DNA of 64,000 nucleotides from positions 5,527-69,526 of the forward strand of contig JBEAYY010000026.1 in assembly GCA_041170365.1 (NCBI GenBank), read 5' to 3'. Source of the stretch: Actinomycetota bacterium. GTDB taxonomy: Bacteria > Actinomycetota > Actinomycetes > S36-B12 > UBA5976. Positions 39,676 to 50,845 of this stretch are shown here, one piece after another (the stretch's first letter is position 1; every line of letters begins with the position of its first letter). The notes beneath the pieces were generated by a model. It did not search any database. It was given only the letters and a program-made list of their open reading frames with translations, and had not been told where the DNA came from. Both the position numbers and the translations under genes were made by a program.

Positions 39676-40663
39676 CTTCTGAAACTTCGATTACACCTAA
39701 TTGAGTAACTATTGCTGAAATATATTTTGCCGGAGTGACGTCAAATGCTGGGTTGTAGCCCCTTGATTCTAGAGGTGCTACGCGTTGTCCATTGAAATTC
39801 AAAATTTCTGAGTCATCTCTTAATTCAATTTCAATTTCTTCTCCAGATAAACAATTCAAATCAATAGTTGATTCTGGTGCAATAACTAAAAAAGGAATAT
39901 TTGCTTCATAGCAAGCAAGTGCAACTGATAAAGATCCAATTTTATTTGCAGTATCACCATTTGCAGCGATGCGATCTGCGCCGATTAATGCAACGTCAAC
40001 TTTTTTTCTAAGTATTGTGCTTGAAGCAGCGCCATCTGCTAAAACCAAATGCGGAATTTTATTTTGGACTAATTCCCACGCAGTTAATCTAGAACCTTGT
40101 AATAAAGGCCTTGTTTCATCTGCATAAACTAATTCAACATTTCCTCTGTTTTGAAGTTCTCTTATAACACCAAAAGCTGTGCCCCATTCAGTTGTAGCAA
40201 GCATTCCAGTATTGCAATGAGTCAAAATATTTAATTTATTTTTTCCAGTTTTGTTTAAAATCCAATCTGCCGCATATTTTCCCATTTGTTTATTGCCATC
40301 TTCGTCTTCTTGGGCAATCTTGTGGGCTAGTTTTAAAACTTCATTTCTACCTTCATTAATTATTTGATGTGCTTGATCTGCTCCCCAAGCAAGATTTACA
40401 GCTGTTGGTCTGGCATTTCTGATTCTAAGAATTTGTTTTTCGAGTTCTTTTTCATCCCAGTTTTCTTTTTTAGCTTGATCCATGGCAGTAACTACGCCAT
40501 AAGCGCCAGTAGCACCTAAGGCTGGAGCGCCTCTAACAGCTAATGAAACGATGGCATCAATTAATTGATCAACTTTTAAAACTTCAATAAATTCAATTTT
40601 GTGAGGAATTTTGGTTTGATCCAATAATCTTAGATGATCTTCAACCCACTCAATGGCTCTCAT
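39641..40663 (-). CDS. mtnA: S-methyl-5-thioribose-1-phosphate isomerase (eIF-2B alpha/beta/delta family)
   Basis: 340 aa. LRLLDQTKIP, RGAPALGA, THCNTG, GADRIAANGDTANKIG. Confidence 0.9.
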   Translation of the reverse strand: MRAIEWVEDHLRLLDQTKIPHKIEFIEVLKVDQLIDAIVSLAVRGAPALGATGAYGVVTAMDQAKKENWDEKELEKQILRIRNARPTAVNLAWGADQAHQIINEGRNEVLKLAHKIAQEDEDGNKQMGKYAADWILNKTGKNKLNILTHCNTGMLATTEWGTAFGVIRELQNRGNVELVYADETRPLLQGSRLTAWELVQNKIPHLVLADGAASSTILRKKVDVALIGADRIAANGDTANKIGSLSVALACYEANIPFLVIAPESTIDLNCLSGEEIEIELRDDSEILNFNGQRVAPLESRGYNPAFDVTPAKYISAIVTQLGVIEVSEGETPAKRKSGK

Positions 40664-40745
40664 AAATTCCTTTTGTCGTCTATTTCACACAATACTGCTA
40701 TGACATTTAGCCAACTCTAAGAGTTAAATGTACTTGGAGGATTTA

Positions 40746-41261
40746 ATGAAAAATTTATGGAAAGTTCTTGCAATCTCTTGTATTTCTTTTTTTACTTTTG
40801 TCATCCCAAGTTTTGCTCACACAGAAGTTGTTAGTGTTGAGCCTGATGTAAGTCAAACTCTGACAATACTTCCGACTGAAGTTAAGTTATCTTTTTCTGA
40901 ACCAGTAATAGAAGATGGAACTTTTGCTTCAATTACTTCTGAATCAGGAAGTGTTGAAGCAAGTATTCGCATCGAAGAAGCAAATCTATTTATTTCAATT
41001 CCTCAAGACTTAACTGGAACAAGTTTTTCAATTGCTTATAAGACTGTGGCAAGTGATGGTCATCCATTAGATGGTGAACTTGTGTATCAATTAGATATCG
41101 AACAAGGCCAAACTAATGAAGAAGAAGTTATTGAATCTCCAATGCCTGTGATTGCACCAAATCCTGAAACAACTTCAAATATTTCTTGGTTGCAATGGTT
41201 GTCTTTGGGTGCAGCAATAGGGGTAGCAATTACTTTTTTCTTAAAAATGCGTAAAAAATAA
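40746..41261 (+). CDS. CopC-domain protein with C-terminal membrane anchor
   Basis: Signal peptide ending SFA/HTE (mature N-terminal His), then SADGH-like VASDGHPL. An acidic linker leads to a C-terminal TM helix. ATG at 40746 is preferred over the track start at 40728. Confidence 0.75.
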   Translation: MKNLWKVLAISCISFFTFVIPSFAHTEVVSVEPDVSQTLTILPTEVKLSFSEPVIEDGTFASITSESGSVEASIRIEEANLFISIPQDLTGTSFSIAYKTVASDGHPLDGELVYQLDIEQGQTNEEEVIESPMPVIAPNPETTSNISWLQWLSLGAAIGVAITFFLKMRKK

Positions 41262-41287
41262 GAGGCGCTTAAATTTAAGCGCCTCTT
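41260..41287. terminator. bidirectional terminator palindrome between copC-like gene and groEL
   Basis: A 28-nt perfect palindrome AAGAGGCGCTTAAA/TTTAAGCGCCTCTT. A T-run follows on the minus strand (ATTTTTTAC). Confidence 0.75.
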
Positions 41288-41303
41288 AAAATTATTTACT
41301 TAA

Positions 41304-42935
<1,632 letters not shown>

Positions 42936-42948
42936 CTATAAGTTTTTT

Positions 42949-42980
42949 ATTTGCTCCGAAATATTTATTCCGGAGCAAAT
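42949..42980 (-). other. groES-groEL intercistronic stem-loop
   Basis: 10-bp stem ATTTGCTCCG/CGGAGCAAAT with a 12-nt loop in the 77-nt spacer between groES and groEL. Confidence 0.5.
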
Positions 42981-42997
42981 TTGATAATTAAGGTTTC

Positions 42998-43297
42998 TTA
43001 TTTTGAAACGACTGCGAGCACATCGCGTGCTGATAACAACAAATAGTCTTTGCCGTCATAGCTAACTTCGGTTCCGCCGTATTTAGAGAAAATAACGGTG
43101 TCGCCTACTTTGATATCCATAGGAACGCGCTTTTCGCCGTCTTCATCAAAACGACCTGGGCCAACTGCCAATACTTTTCCTTCTTGAGGTTTTTCTTTAG
43201 CAGTGTCAGGAATTACTAAGCCTGACGCAGTTTTGGTTTCAGCGTCTAGTACTTCAACGAGGATTCGATCCTCTAATGGTTTAATTTGGACCGCCAC
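42998..43297 (-). CDS. groES: co-chaperonin GroES
   Basis: 99 aa with a GTG start. [10 protein letters not shown]...[15 protein letters not shown]. Confidence 0.97.
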   Translation of the reverse strand: MAVQIKPLEDRILVEVLDAETKTASGLVIPDTAKEKPQEGKVLAVGPGRFDEDGEKRVPMDIKVGDTVIFSKYGGTEVSYDGKDYLLLSARDVLAVVSK

Positions 43298-43391
43298 GGA
43301 TCTGTTACCCCTTCATGGGATTGAGTTTTTGGATTTAAACCTTCGAAGGATTTCTCCCTCAAAAGGTCTTGAGTAATAACTTACCAATGCT

Positions 43392-43418
43392 TTAGCACTC
43401 CCTCAACTTGAGTGCCAG
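43392..43418 (-). promoter_or_regulatory. CIRCE (HrcA operator) upstream of groES
   Basis: TTAGCACTC-N9-GAGTGCCAG versus the consensus TTAGCACTC-N9-GAGTGCTAA (2 mismatches in the right arm). It lies 95 nt upstream of the groES GTG. Confidence 0.8.
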
Positions 43419-43511
43419 AGCCTTGGTGAAATTGGACTCAATCAAGCCAAACTGGGCTTGCAGCCTCATTTTTGGCAGTAGTCTAAAAAGTAACGCCCAG
43501 AAAGGCTCTTA

Positions 43512-44099
43512 ATGAAAAATCAAATTCAAACCCAAATCAAAGTTAGTTACACCAAAAGAGATCGTTTAAGTGTTTTCTTTCGTTTAATCTATGCCCTGCC
43601 AGTTGCTGCCTTTATTGCCATCATTAGTCAATTTTCACCAAATGCTTGGGGTCCAGTGGTTTTGTTTTCTTTACCTATTGTTTTATCACTTTTATTTACT
43701 GGTATTTATCCAAGTTATTTTTTAAACTTCAATAAAGATTTACTTGGTCTTGGAACAAGATTTTTAGCTTATCTGTATTTGTTAACTGATAAATATCCAT
43801 CTATTGAAGATAGTCAAGTTGTAAAAATTACCTTTCCAGAAATTAATGGTGGAAAAAAATTAAATAGATTTCTTCCTTTAATTAAATGGCTTTTAGCATT
43901 ACCTTTAGCAATAGTTGGCTTTGTTTATTTAGCGATTGCAATTTTATTAACTTTAATTGCCTGGGTTTATACATTTATTACCGCTTCATATCCTAAGTGG
44001 GCTGGAGAATTTGTTTATAAAACATTTCAGTATTGGAATAGAGTTTTAGGATATGCAGTTATTTTAGTAACTGATGAATATCCAAGTTTTAAACTTTAA
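43512..44099 (+). CDS. DUF4389-like membrane protein
   Basis: 195 aa with four TM helices. It has repeated YPS motifs and a C-terminal TDEYPSF typical of DUF4389. Confidence 0.6.
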   Translation: MKNQIQTQIKVSYTKRDRLSVFFRLIYALPVAAFIAIISQFSPNAWGPVVLFSLPIVLSLLFTGIYPSYFLNFNKDLLGLGTRFLAYLYLLTDKYPSIEDSQVVKITFPEINGGKKLNRFLPLIKWLLALPLAIVGFVYLAIAILLTLIAWVYTFITASYPKWAGEFVYKTFQYWNRVLGYAVILVTDEYPSFKL

Positions 44100-45136
44100 T
44101 TCTTTTGTATAGTAATTGGTAAAATTGGATCTACTTCAAAAGTAATTTTTGAAGGTTCGATCTGATTTTTAAATAATTGCGAACCCAATGATGCAACCAT
44201 TGCGCCATTATCTGTACAAAGTCCTGGGCGTGGAATTCTTACTTTGATATTTTCTTTTTCAGCCATGCTTTGAGCCATAGTTCTTAAACGAGAATTTGCT
44301 GCTACTCCTCCCCCAATTACTACTGTGTCAATTCCTGTTTCTTTTGCTGCCATCAACGTTTTCTTTACTAAAACTTCGACGACTGCTTCCTGAAAAGATG
44401 CTGCAATATCTGAAACCGGCAAAATTTCTCCAGTTTTTTGCCAAGCTTCAACCCATCTTGCAACCGCGGTTTTTAAACCAGAGAATGAAAAATCAAATTT
44501 ATGTTCAATTAAATCTTCTTTACTCATTAACCCTTTAGGAAATTCAATACTTAATGGATCTCCACATTGACTTGCTTTATCAATCCAAGGTCCTCCTGGA
44601 AAAGGTAGGCCTAAAACTCGAGCAACTTTGTCGAAGGCTTCACCTGCTGCATCATCCAAAGTTTTTCCTAGCGAACTAATTTTGTAAGTAATATTGTCAA
44701 CTTGTAAAAGTGATGAATGTCCACCACTTACTAAAAGTGCTAAACATGGCTGCGGCAATTCCCCATTTTCTAAAGTGTCAACTGAAACATGTGCAGCTAA
44801 ATGATTTACACCATAAATTGGTTTATTTAATGAAACTGCTAAAGCTTTGGCTGCAGCAACTCCCACAACTAAAGCACCGGCAAGTCCTGGTCCACTAGTA
44901 ACCGCAATGGCATCAAGATCAGATAATTTGACTCCTGCTTTTTGCACAACTCTTTTTAGAATTGGCACCATTGCTTCCACATGTGCTCTTGATGCAACCT
45001 CTGGAACAACTCCGCCAAATCGAGATTGCTCCTCAACCGAGGATGCTAAAACATCTGCTAATAATTCAGAACCACGAACTATGCCAATTCCTGTTTCATC
45101 GCAACTTGTTTCAATTCCCAAAATTAGAGGATTCAT
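44096..45136 (-). CDS. tsaD: tRNA N6-adenosine threonylcarbamoyltransferase
   Basis: 346 aa. [12 protein letters not shown]...HLAAHV...SGGHS (Kae1/Gcp family). Confidence 0.95.
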   Translation of the reverse strand: MNPLILGIETSCDETGIGIVRGSELLADVLASSVEEQSRFGGVVPEVASRAHVEAMVPILKRVVQKAGVKLSDLDAIAVTSGPGLAGALVVGVAAAKALAVSLNKPIYGVNHLAAHVSVDTLENGELPQPCLALLVSGGHSSLLQVDNITYKISSLGKTLDDAAGEAFDKVARVLGLPFPGGPWIDKASQCGDPLSIEFPKGLMSKEDLIEHKFDFSFSGLKTAVARWVEAWQKTGEILPVSDIAASFQEAVVEVLVKKTLMAAKETGIDTVVIGGGVAANSRLRTMAQSMAEKENIKVRIPRPGLCTDNGAMVASLGSQLFKNQIEPSKITFEVDPILPITIQKN

Positions 45137-45585
45137 TTTTTTCTCAAATCTAGTTGCATAATAATTGCATCTTTTCCATTTGGATAATAATTACTTCTTT
45201 TTGAAATTATTTCAAAGTTTCTAGATTTATATAAATTAATTGCTTTTTCGTTATCTGCAACAACTTCTAAAAAAACTCTAGTTGATTTCTTTTCTTTTAC
45301 TTTTTCAATCAAGTTATCTAATAGTTTTTTTCCATAACCCTTATTTTGATATTCAGGTTTAATCACCATGGTTTGCACATCAGCATCAGATCCGTTAAAT
45401 GCAAGGCCTGCAAAACCAACTATTTCTTTATTTTCATCTATTAAAGAAATGTAATAGCGATTAGAAGCTGATATCTCAGACCAGAAAGTTTCTAGTGACC
45501 AAGCTGTAGCATTAAAAGTTGCTTGATCAATTTTTTGAGCTTTTGTTACTTGCCACCAAGAAAAATCTGAAATTGTTAAAGTCAT
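45133..45585 (-). CDS. rimI: ribosomal-protein-alanine N-acetyltransferase (GNAT)
   Basis: 150 aa GNAT ([10 protein letters not shown]) sitting between tsaB and tsaD as in other actinobacteria. ATGA overlaps with neighbours. Confidence 0.85.
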   Translation of the reverse strand: MTLTISDFSWWQVTKAQKIDQATFNATAWSLETFWSEISASNRYYISLIDENKEIVGFAGLAFNGSDADVQTMVIKPEYQNKGYGKKLLDNLIEKVKEKKSTRVFLEVVADNEKAINLYKSRNFEIISKRSNYYPNGKDAIIMQLDLRKK

Positions 45586-46259
45586 GATCTTTCCGCCAAA
45601 GTCAATGCGTCAGGTTTTCTTAAATAAAGAGGAATTGCTGGTAATAAAACCTGGTTAGGTAAAGAAACTACCGAGCCATCCCCGGTTGCAACATCTGTTG
45701 AAAAACTGTTTATTTCTTTGCCGATTTCTGATCTGTTCAAAGCATCAATGGCGGCTTTAGCCAAATACAAAGGATTAAGAGGTTGGTGTAAAAGCTTTTC
45801 ACCTTTAATTACGGCTTCATCTAATTTTGAAACTTTTGGTGTGGAAATTCTTTTTCCATTTGCATAATGAGTCCAATAAACTTCTTTTCTTCTAGCATCA
45901 GTAATTACTGTTACTTCTTTATTGGGATTAAGTAAATTAAATTCATAAGCTATAGCATCATGGCTACAAACTCCATAAACTGGAATATTTAAAGCAAAAC
46001 CAATTGTTTGAGCACTAACGATTCCTACCCTTAATCCCGTAAATGGACCTGGTCCAATTCCACAAACTACTGCACCAATTTCAGAAAAATTTAAATTAGA
46101 ACTTTCAACAATTTCTTTTATTAATTCTGAAGCATATTCAGCATGTCTTAAAGCATCATCTTTAACTATTATTTTTTCATCTTTTGCAAATTGAATAAGA
46201 CCAACAGCAATACGATTTGTTGAAGTATCTATAGATAAAACATTATTTGGTGCACTCAT
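45582..46259 (-). CDS. tsaB: tRNA threonylcarbamoyladenosine biosynthesis protein TsaB
   Basis: 225 aa. LSIDTSTNRIAVGL...GPGPFTGLRVG. Confidence 0.9.
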   Translation of the reverse strand: MSAPNNVLSIDTSTNRIAVGLIQFAKDEKIIVKDDALRHAEYASELIKEIVESSNLNFSEIGAVVCGIGPGPFTGLRVGIVSAQTIGFALNIPVYGVCSHDAIAYEFNLLNPNKEVTVITDARRKEVYWTHYANGKRISTPKVSKLDEAVIKGEKLLHQPLNPLYLAKAAIDALNRSEIGKEINSFSTDVATGDGSVVSLPNQVLLPAIPLYLRKPDALTLAERS

Positions 46260-46708
46260 TTTAGGTTACCTAAAATTTCTTGTTTAGCGTTTATTTCAAT
46301 CTCTCGCTCATTATCATTTTCAGTGTGGCTGATTTTTACTCTTATAGGATTTTCAACTAAATCATTAACTAAATCTTTACCCCACTCCACCACCAATATT
46401 GATTCTTCTAAATCACTAGTTAAATCTAGTTGAGAAATTTCAGCTAAGGTTGAAAGTCGATATGCGTCAACATGAACTAGATTTGCTTTGCCATCTAAAG
46501 ATTTATGTTCTCGAGCTATTACAAAAGTAGGACTAGTAACTTCACCTTTAATATTTAAGCTACTTGCAATTCCTTGAGTAAACGTAGTTTTACCAGCTCC
46601 AAGTTCCCCATCTAATAAAACAGCGTCTCCAGCTTTTAGTAATTTGCCTAACTTGGCACCCAATTCTTTGGTATCTAAATTTGATTTTGTAATTGTTTTA
46701 AAAACCAT
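46256..46708 (-). CDS. tsaE: tRNA threonylcarbamoyladenosine biosynthesis ATPase TsaE
   Basis: 150 aa. GELGAGKTTFTQG, SPTF, HVDAYR. Confidence 0.9.
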   Translation of the reverse strand: MVFKTITKSNLDTKELGAKLGKLLKAGDAVLLDGELGAGKTTFTQGIASSLNIKGEVTSPTFVIAREHKSLDGKANLVHVDAYRLSTLAEISQLDLTSDLEESILVVEWGKDLVNDLVENPIRVKISHTENDNEREIEINAKQEILGNLK

Positions 46709-46710
46709 TA

Positions 46711-47841
46711 TTAAATTTCGTTTAAATAAACCCTAGGAACTCTTGGTCCTAATCTTGTAACAATTTCATAGCCAATACTCATTGATGCTTTTGCCCACTC
46801 TTCAACGTCTGGTTCATTTTTAGACACATCACCAAAAAGAGTAACTTCTTCTCCCATTTTTAAATCCAAATCTCCAATATCTATGACAAATTGATCCATA
46901 CAAACTCTTCCAGCAACACTAAATTTCTTACCCTTGGCAACTACTGGTCCTTTATTTCCAGCAATTCGAGGAATTCCATCTGCATAACCAAGTGGAATTA
47001 AAGCAATTTTGGTATTTGATTTTGTGACATATTCAGCACCATAAGAAATGCCATGACCTGCTGGTACATCTTTAATTAAAGCCACTTGGGCTTTCAAACT
47101 CATGGCAGGTCTTAATCCATATTCACTTGCACGATTTAGTTCACCACCTGGGGTAATTCCATAAACAGCAATTCCTGGTCTTACTAAATCAAAATGGGCA
47201 TCCGGTGAAGTTAGGGTTGCTGCACTATTTGCTGCATGTTTCATTAAATTTTTAAATCCTCTTGATTCTAAATATTTAAAACTTTCATCAAGCACTATTA
47301 ATTGTCTTTTTATAGTAGGACTACTTGGAGCATCAGCTAAAGAAAAATGAGTCCACACTGCAACTACTTCTATAAGTCCTGATGCTTTTGCTTCTTCAAG
47401 TAATTTTGAAAGTTCTGCCAAATCATCTGGCATTACTCCATTTCTTCCTAAACCAGTGTCAACTTTTATATGAACTCTTGCAGGCTTTCCTACTTTCTTA
47501 GAAGCACTAATTACTTCAGATGCAATCTCGATTGAAGAAACAGAAACATCAATATCTAAAGAAATACATTCTTGCCATTTATCATTGGGAGATCCTAGCC
47601 AAGTAAGAATTCTTCCTTTATCTCCAGAATTTCTTAAACTAATTGCTTCTTCTAAAAGTGCAGTGCCAAGCCACGAAGCTCCACCTTGTCGTGCTGCTTT
47701 TGAAACTTCAATAAGTCCATGCCCATAAGCATCGGCTTTTACAACCGCCATAACTTCAGAATTCTTGGCATAATCTTGCAAAACTTTTACATTGTCTCGT
47801 ATTGCTGATAAATCAACATATGCACTTCTTAAATTACTCAT
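46711..47841 (-). CDS. alr: alanine racemase
   Basis: 376 aa. AVVKADAYGHG (PLP lysine) and YGxxY-type C-terminal motifs. Confidence 0.95.
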   Translation of the reverse strand: MSNLRSAYVDLSAIRDNVKVLQDYAKNSEVMAVVKADAYGHGLIEVSKAARQGGASWLGTALLEEAISLRNSGDKGRILTWLGSPNDKWQECISLDIDVSVSSIEIASEVISASKKVGKPARVHIKVDTGLGRNGVMPDDLAELSKLLEEAKASGLIEVVAVWTHFSLADAPSSPTIKRQLIVLDESFKYLESRGFKNLMKHAANSAATLTSPDAHFDLVRPGIAVYGITPGGELNRASEYGLRPAMSLKAQVALIKDVPAGHGISYGAEYVTKSNTKIALIPLGYADGIPRIAGNKGPVVAKGKKFSVAGRVCMDQFVIDIGDLDLKMGEEVTLFGDVSKNEPDVEEWAKASMSIGYEIVTRLGPRVPRVYLNEI

Positions 47842-47861
47842 AGCTAAATTTTCCTAAAATA

Positions 47862-48233
47862 CTATTGTTTTTCAGCTATAACAAATGCTGTTGCGATATT
47901 TCCATCGTGGGACAAAGACAAATGCCAATTAGTTATGCCTTGGCGTTGAGATTCTTTTAAAACTGTGCCAGAGACTTCAAGATAAGGTTTACCGCGATCG
48001 CCTAAAAGAATTTCGCAATCTTGCCAACTCAATCCAGCTGGTGCACCCAATGCTTTTGCAACAGCTTCTTTGGCAGCAAATCTTGCAGCTAAAGAAACAG
48101 CATTTTCACCTTTGCCACCTGGTTGGGCTAATTCTTTAGGGGTAAATAATCTGGTGGATAAACCAGGAGTTCTAACTAATGATCCTTGAAATCTTGGAGT
48201 ATCAACTACATCAACACCAATTCCAATAATCAT
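47862..48233 (-). CDS. acpS: holo-[acyl-carrier-protein] synthase
   Basis: 123 aa. [10 protein letters not shown]...[10 protein letters not shown]...LSLSHDG. Confidence 0.9.
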   Translation of the reverse strand: MIIGIGVDVVDTPRFQGSLVRTPGLSTRLFTPKELAQPGGKGENAVSLAARFAAKEAVAKALGAPAGLSWQDCEILLGDRGKPYLEVSGTVLKESQRQGITNWHLSLSHDGNIATAFVIAEKQ

Positions 48234-48245
48234 TTTTCTAATCCT

Positions 48246-50096
48246 TTATTCAACTGTTACTGATTTAGCCAGATTACGGGGTTGGTCAACATCATGACCT
48301 TTTAGTGTGGCCAATGCGCAAGAAAATACTTGTAAAGGAACTGTGGCAACCAAAGGTTGTAAGAGAGAACTTGTTTTAGGAATTCTTACAATGTGGTCTG
48401 CAAAATCTAGAATTGAATCATCGCCTTCTTCAACGATCAAAATAGTTTTTGCACCCCTTGCTCGTACTTCTTGAATATTTGAAACTATTTTTTCATGTAA
48501 TTCTTTTTCTTCTCTCACACTTGGAACCACAATCACAACTGGAATACCATCTTCAATTAAGGCAATAGGACCATGTTTTAATTCACCTGCTGCAAAACCT
48601 TCTGCATGCATGTAGGCAAGTTCTTTAAGTTTTAATGCACCCTCTAATGCAACGGGATAACCAACGTGTCTTCCAATAAATAAAACACTTTGTGCGTTTA
48701 CATATTTCTTGGCTAATTCATTCACAGCATCAGTGGTATCAAGAACTGTATCTATTTGATAAGAAATATCTGCTAATTCAGTCATGACTTGTTTAATTTC
48801 AGCTGTTGGTTTATCAAGTCTTAATTCTGCAAAATAAAGAGCTAACAATTCCACAGCAACAACTTGAGTTAAAAATGCTTTGGTTGAAGCAACTGCAATT
48901 TCAGGTCCTCCGCGAGTGTATAAAACTGCATCAGATTCTCGAGGAATTGTGGAACCTTGAGTATTACAGATTGCTAAGACTTTTGCTTTTTGAGATTTCG
49001 CATGTCTTATTGCCATCAAAGTGTCCATAGTTTCACCACTTTGAGAAATTGCAACTACTAAAGTTCTATCATTCAAAATCGGATCGCGATAGCGAAATTC
49101 GCTTGCAAGTTCTACTTCGCATGGAATTCGAGTCCAACGCTCCATGGCATATTTACCAATTAATCCTGAATGATAGGCAGTGCCACAAGCTATGAAAATA
49201 ATTTTTTCAATATTGGCAATTTCTCCAATTGATAATTTCATTTCTTCTAAAACTAATTTTCCATCTTGTGCAAGTCTTCCTACTAAAGTTTCTGCAACAG
49301 CTTTTGGTTGTTCAAAAATTTCTTTTAACATGAATAAATCAAAGCCACCTTTTTCAGCAGCTTTGGAATCCCAATTGACTACAAATTCTTTAGTTTGAGC
49401 AGGTTTTCCTTCAAAATCAGTGATAGTTATTTTGTTATGTCTTAGTTCTACAACTTGATCTTGACCTAACTCAATTGCATTTTTTGTATGAGAAATAAAA
49501 GCTGCAACGTCTGAAGCTAAAAAGTTTTCACCATCACCTTTACCAACAACTAATGGTGAATTTCTTCTTGCTCCAACTACAACATCAGGTTGTTGGGCAT
49601 GAACTGCAACTAAAGTAAAAGCTCCTTTTAATCTTCTTACAACTTTTCTCATGCTTTCTGCTAAATCATTATTTGATTTTGGATATTCCACATTTAGTAA
49701 ATGTGCTACTACTTCAGTATCAGTATCACTCTTTAACTTCACACCATTTTTTTGTAATTCTTTTCTTAATTCTGAAAAGTTCTCAATAATTCCGTTATGT
49801 ATAACAGCTATTTCATTTGATTCATCAACATGTGGATGAGCATTTGCATCATTTGGTATGCCATGTGTTGCCCAACGAGTATGTCCAATTGCAGTTGTTG
49901 AATCAGGTAATGGATCTGAACCAATTAAAGTTTCTAAGTTTGTTAACTTGCCAGCTTTTTTGCGAACGTTTAGTTTATTGTCATTAACAACGGCAACTCC
50001 CGCTGAATCATAACCACGATATTCAAGTCTTCTTAAGCCCTCAACCACAACATTAAGGGCTTGCTTGTTTCCTACATAGCCGACAATTCCACACAT
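48246..50096 (-). CDS. glmS: glutamine--fructose-6-phosphate aminotransferase
   Basis: 616 aa. MCGIVGY, two SIS domains, and the C-terminal KSVTVE. Confidence 0.97.
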   Translation of the reverse strand: MCGIVGYVGNKQALNVVVEGLRRLEYRGYDSAGVAVVNDNKLNVRKKAGKLTNLETLIGSDPLPDSTTAIGHTRWATHGIPNDANAHPHVDESNEIAVIHNGIIENFSELRKELQKNGVKLKSDTDTEVVAHLLNVEYPKSNNDLAESMRKVVRRLKGAFTLVAVHAQQPDVVVGARRNSPLVVGKGDGENFLASDVAAFISHTKNAIELGQDQVVELRHNKITITDFEGKPAQTKEFVVNWDSKAAEKGGFDLFMLKEIFEQPKAVAETLVGRLAQDGKLVLEEMKLSIGEIANIEKIIFIACGTAYHSGLIGKYAMERWTRIPCEVELASEFRYRDPILNDRTLVVAISQSGETMDTLMAIRHAKSQKAKVLAICNTQGSTIPRESDAVLYTRGGPEIAVASTKAFLTQVVAVELLALYFAELRLDKPTAEIKQVMTELADISYQIDTVLDTTDAVNELAKKYVNAQSVLFIGRHVGYPVALEGALKLKELAYMHAEGFAAGELKHGPIALIEDGIPVVIVVPSVREEKELHEKIVSNIQEVRARGAKTILIVEEGDDSILDFADHIVRIPKTSSLLQPLVATVPLQVFSCALATLKGHDVDQPRNLAKSVTVE

Positions 50097-50138
50097 TGTG
50101 TTTACAGCCTAGACGAACTAGATATGCAGGTAATGTTT

Positions 50139-50828
50139 ATGTCTGTGTTGATTCTTCTTCCACCCAGCGAAGGCAAAAACTCTGTTGAAAAGGGCAAATT
50201 AGTCAATTTGTCTAGTCTTTCTTTTGCTAAAGAATTAACTAGTACGAGAAAGAAAACTTTGGAAGCTATGGGATCAAAAATTGCAAAACTTCCCACGGCA
50301 AAAGCAATTGAAGTTTATTCTGGGGTTTTATATCAAGCTCTTGATTTCAACTCTTTAAATGCAGCAAGTAAGAAAAGAGCATTAAAAAATATTTTGATTA
50401 TTTCTGCTCTTTTTGGAGTTGTTAAAATAGATGACAAAATTCCAAGTTATAAATTAGACATGGCTAAATCTTTACCTAAGTTAGGTTCTTTAAATTCTTT
50501 ATGGAAAAAAGTTTTACCACAAGTTTTAGAAAAAATTAAAACAGATTTAATTGTTGATTGTAGATCTAGCACTTATCAAGGAGTTTGGACTCCTGATTTA
50601 AATAAAACTGTGGGCATAAGAGTTTTTACAATAAAAAATGGAAAGAAAACAGTTGTTACCCATATGTCAAAAAAAACTAGAGGTGAAGTAACTAAACTCT
50701 TAGTCCAATCTGCAAAGTCACCAAAGACACCACAAGAGTTACAAAAGTTAGTTAATGTGAAATTTAAGTCAGAATTAATAAAACCAACAAGTAAAACTAG
50801 TTGGTTTCTTGATGTGATTGCCTCGTAA
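50139..50828 (+). CDS. yaaA: YaaA-family (DUF328/UPF0246) peroxide-stress protein
   Basis: MSVLILLPPSEGK...AIEVYSGVLYQAL...SALFGV. An internal ATG at 50139 is chosen because the track start at 50061 lies inside glmS. Confidence 0.8.
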   Translation: MSVLILLPPSEGKNSVEKGKLVNLSSLSFAKELTSTRKKTLEAMGSKIAKLPTAKAIEVYSGVLYQALDFNSLNAASKKRALKNILIISALFGVVKIDDKIPSYKLDMAKSLPKLGSLNSLWKKVLPQVLEKIKTDLIVDCRSSTYQGVWTPDLNKTVGIRVFTIKNGKKTVVTHMSKKTRGEVTKLLVQSAKSPKTPQELQKLVNVKFKSELIKPTSKTSWFLDVIAS

Positions 50829-50845
50829 TAAGATAAATTACTCAC

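Noticed and set aside
44296-45161. Four plus-strand ORFs (62-104 aa) antisense to tsaD
   Set aside because: They overlap one another in different frames opposite a highly conserved gene. They are Leu/Gln/Pro-rich, low-complexity translations.
50097-50138. glmS ribozyme upstream of glmS
   Set aside because: Only about 42 nt separate glmS from the divergent yaaA start. That is far too short for the ribozyme, which is also not typical of actinobacteria.
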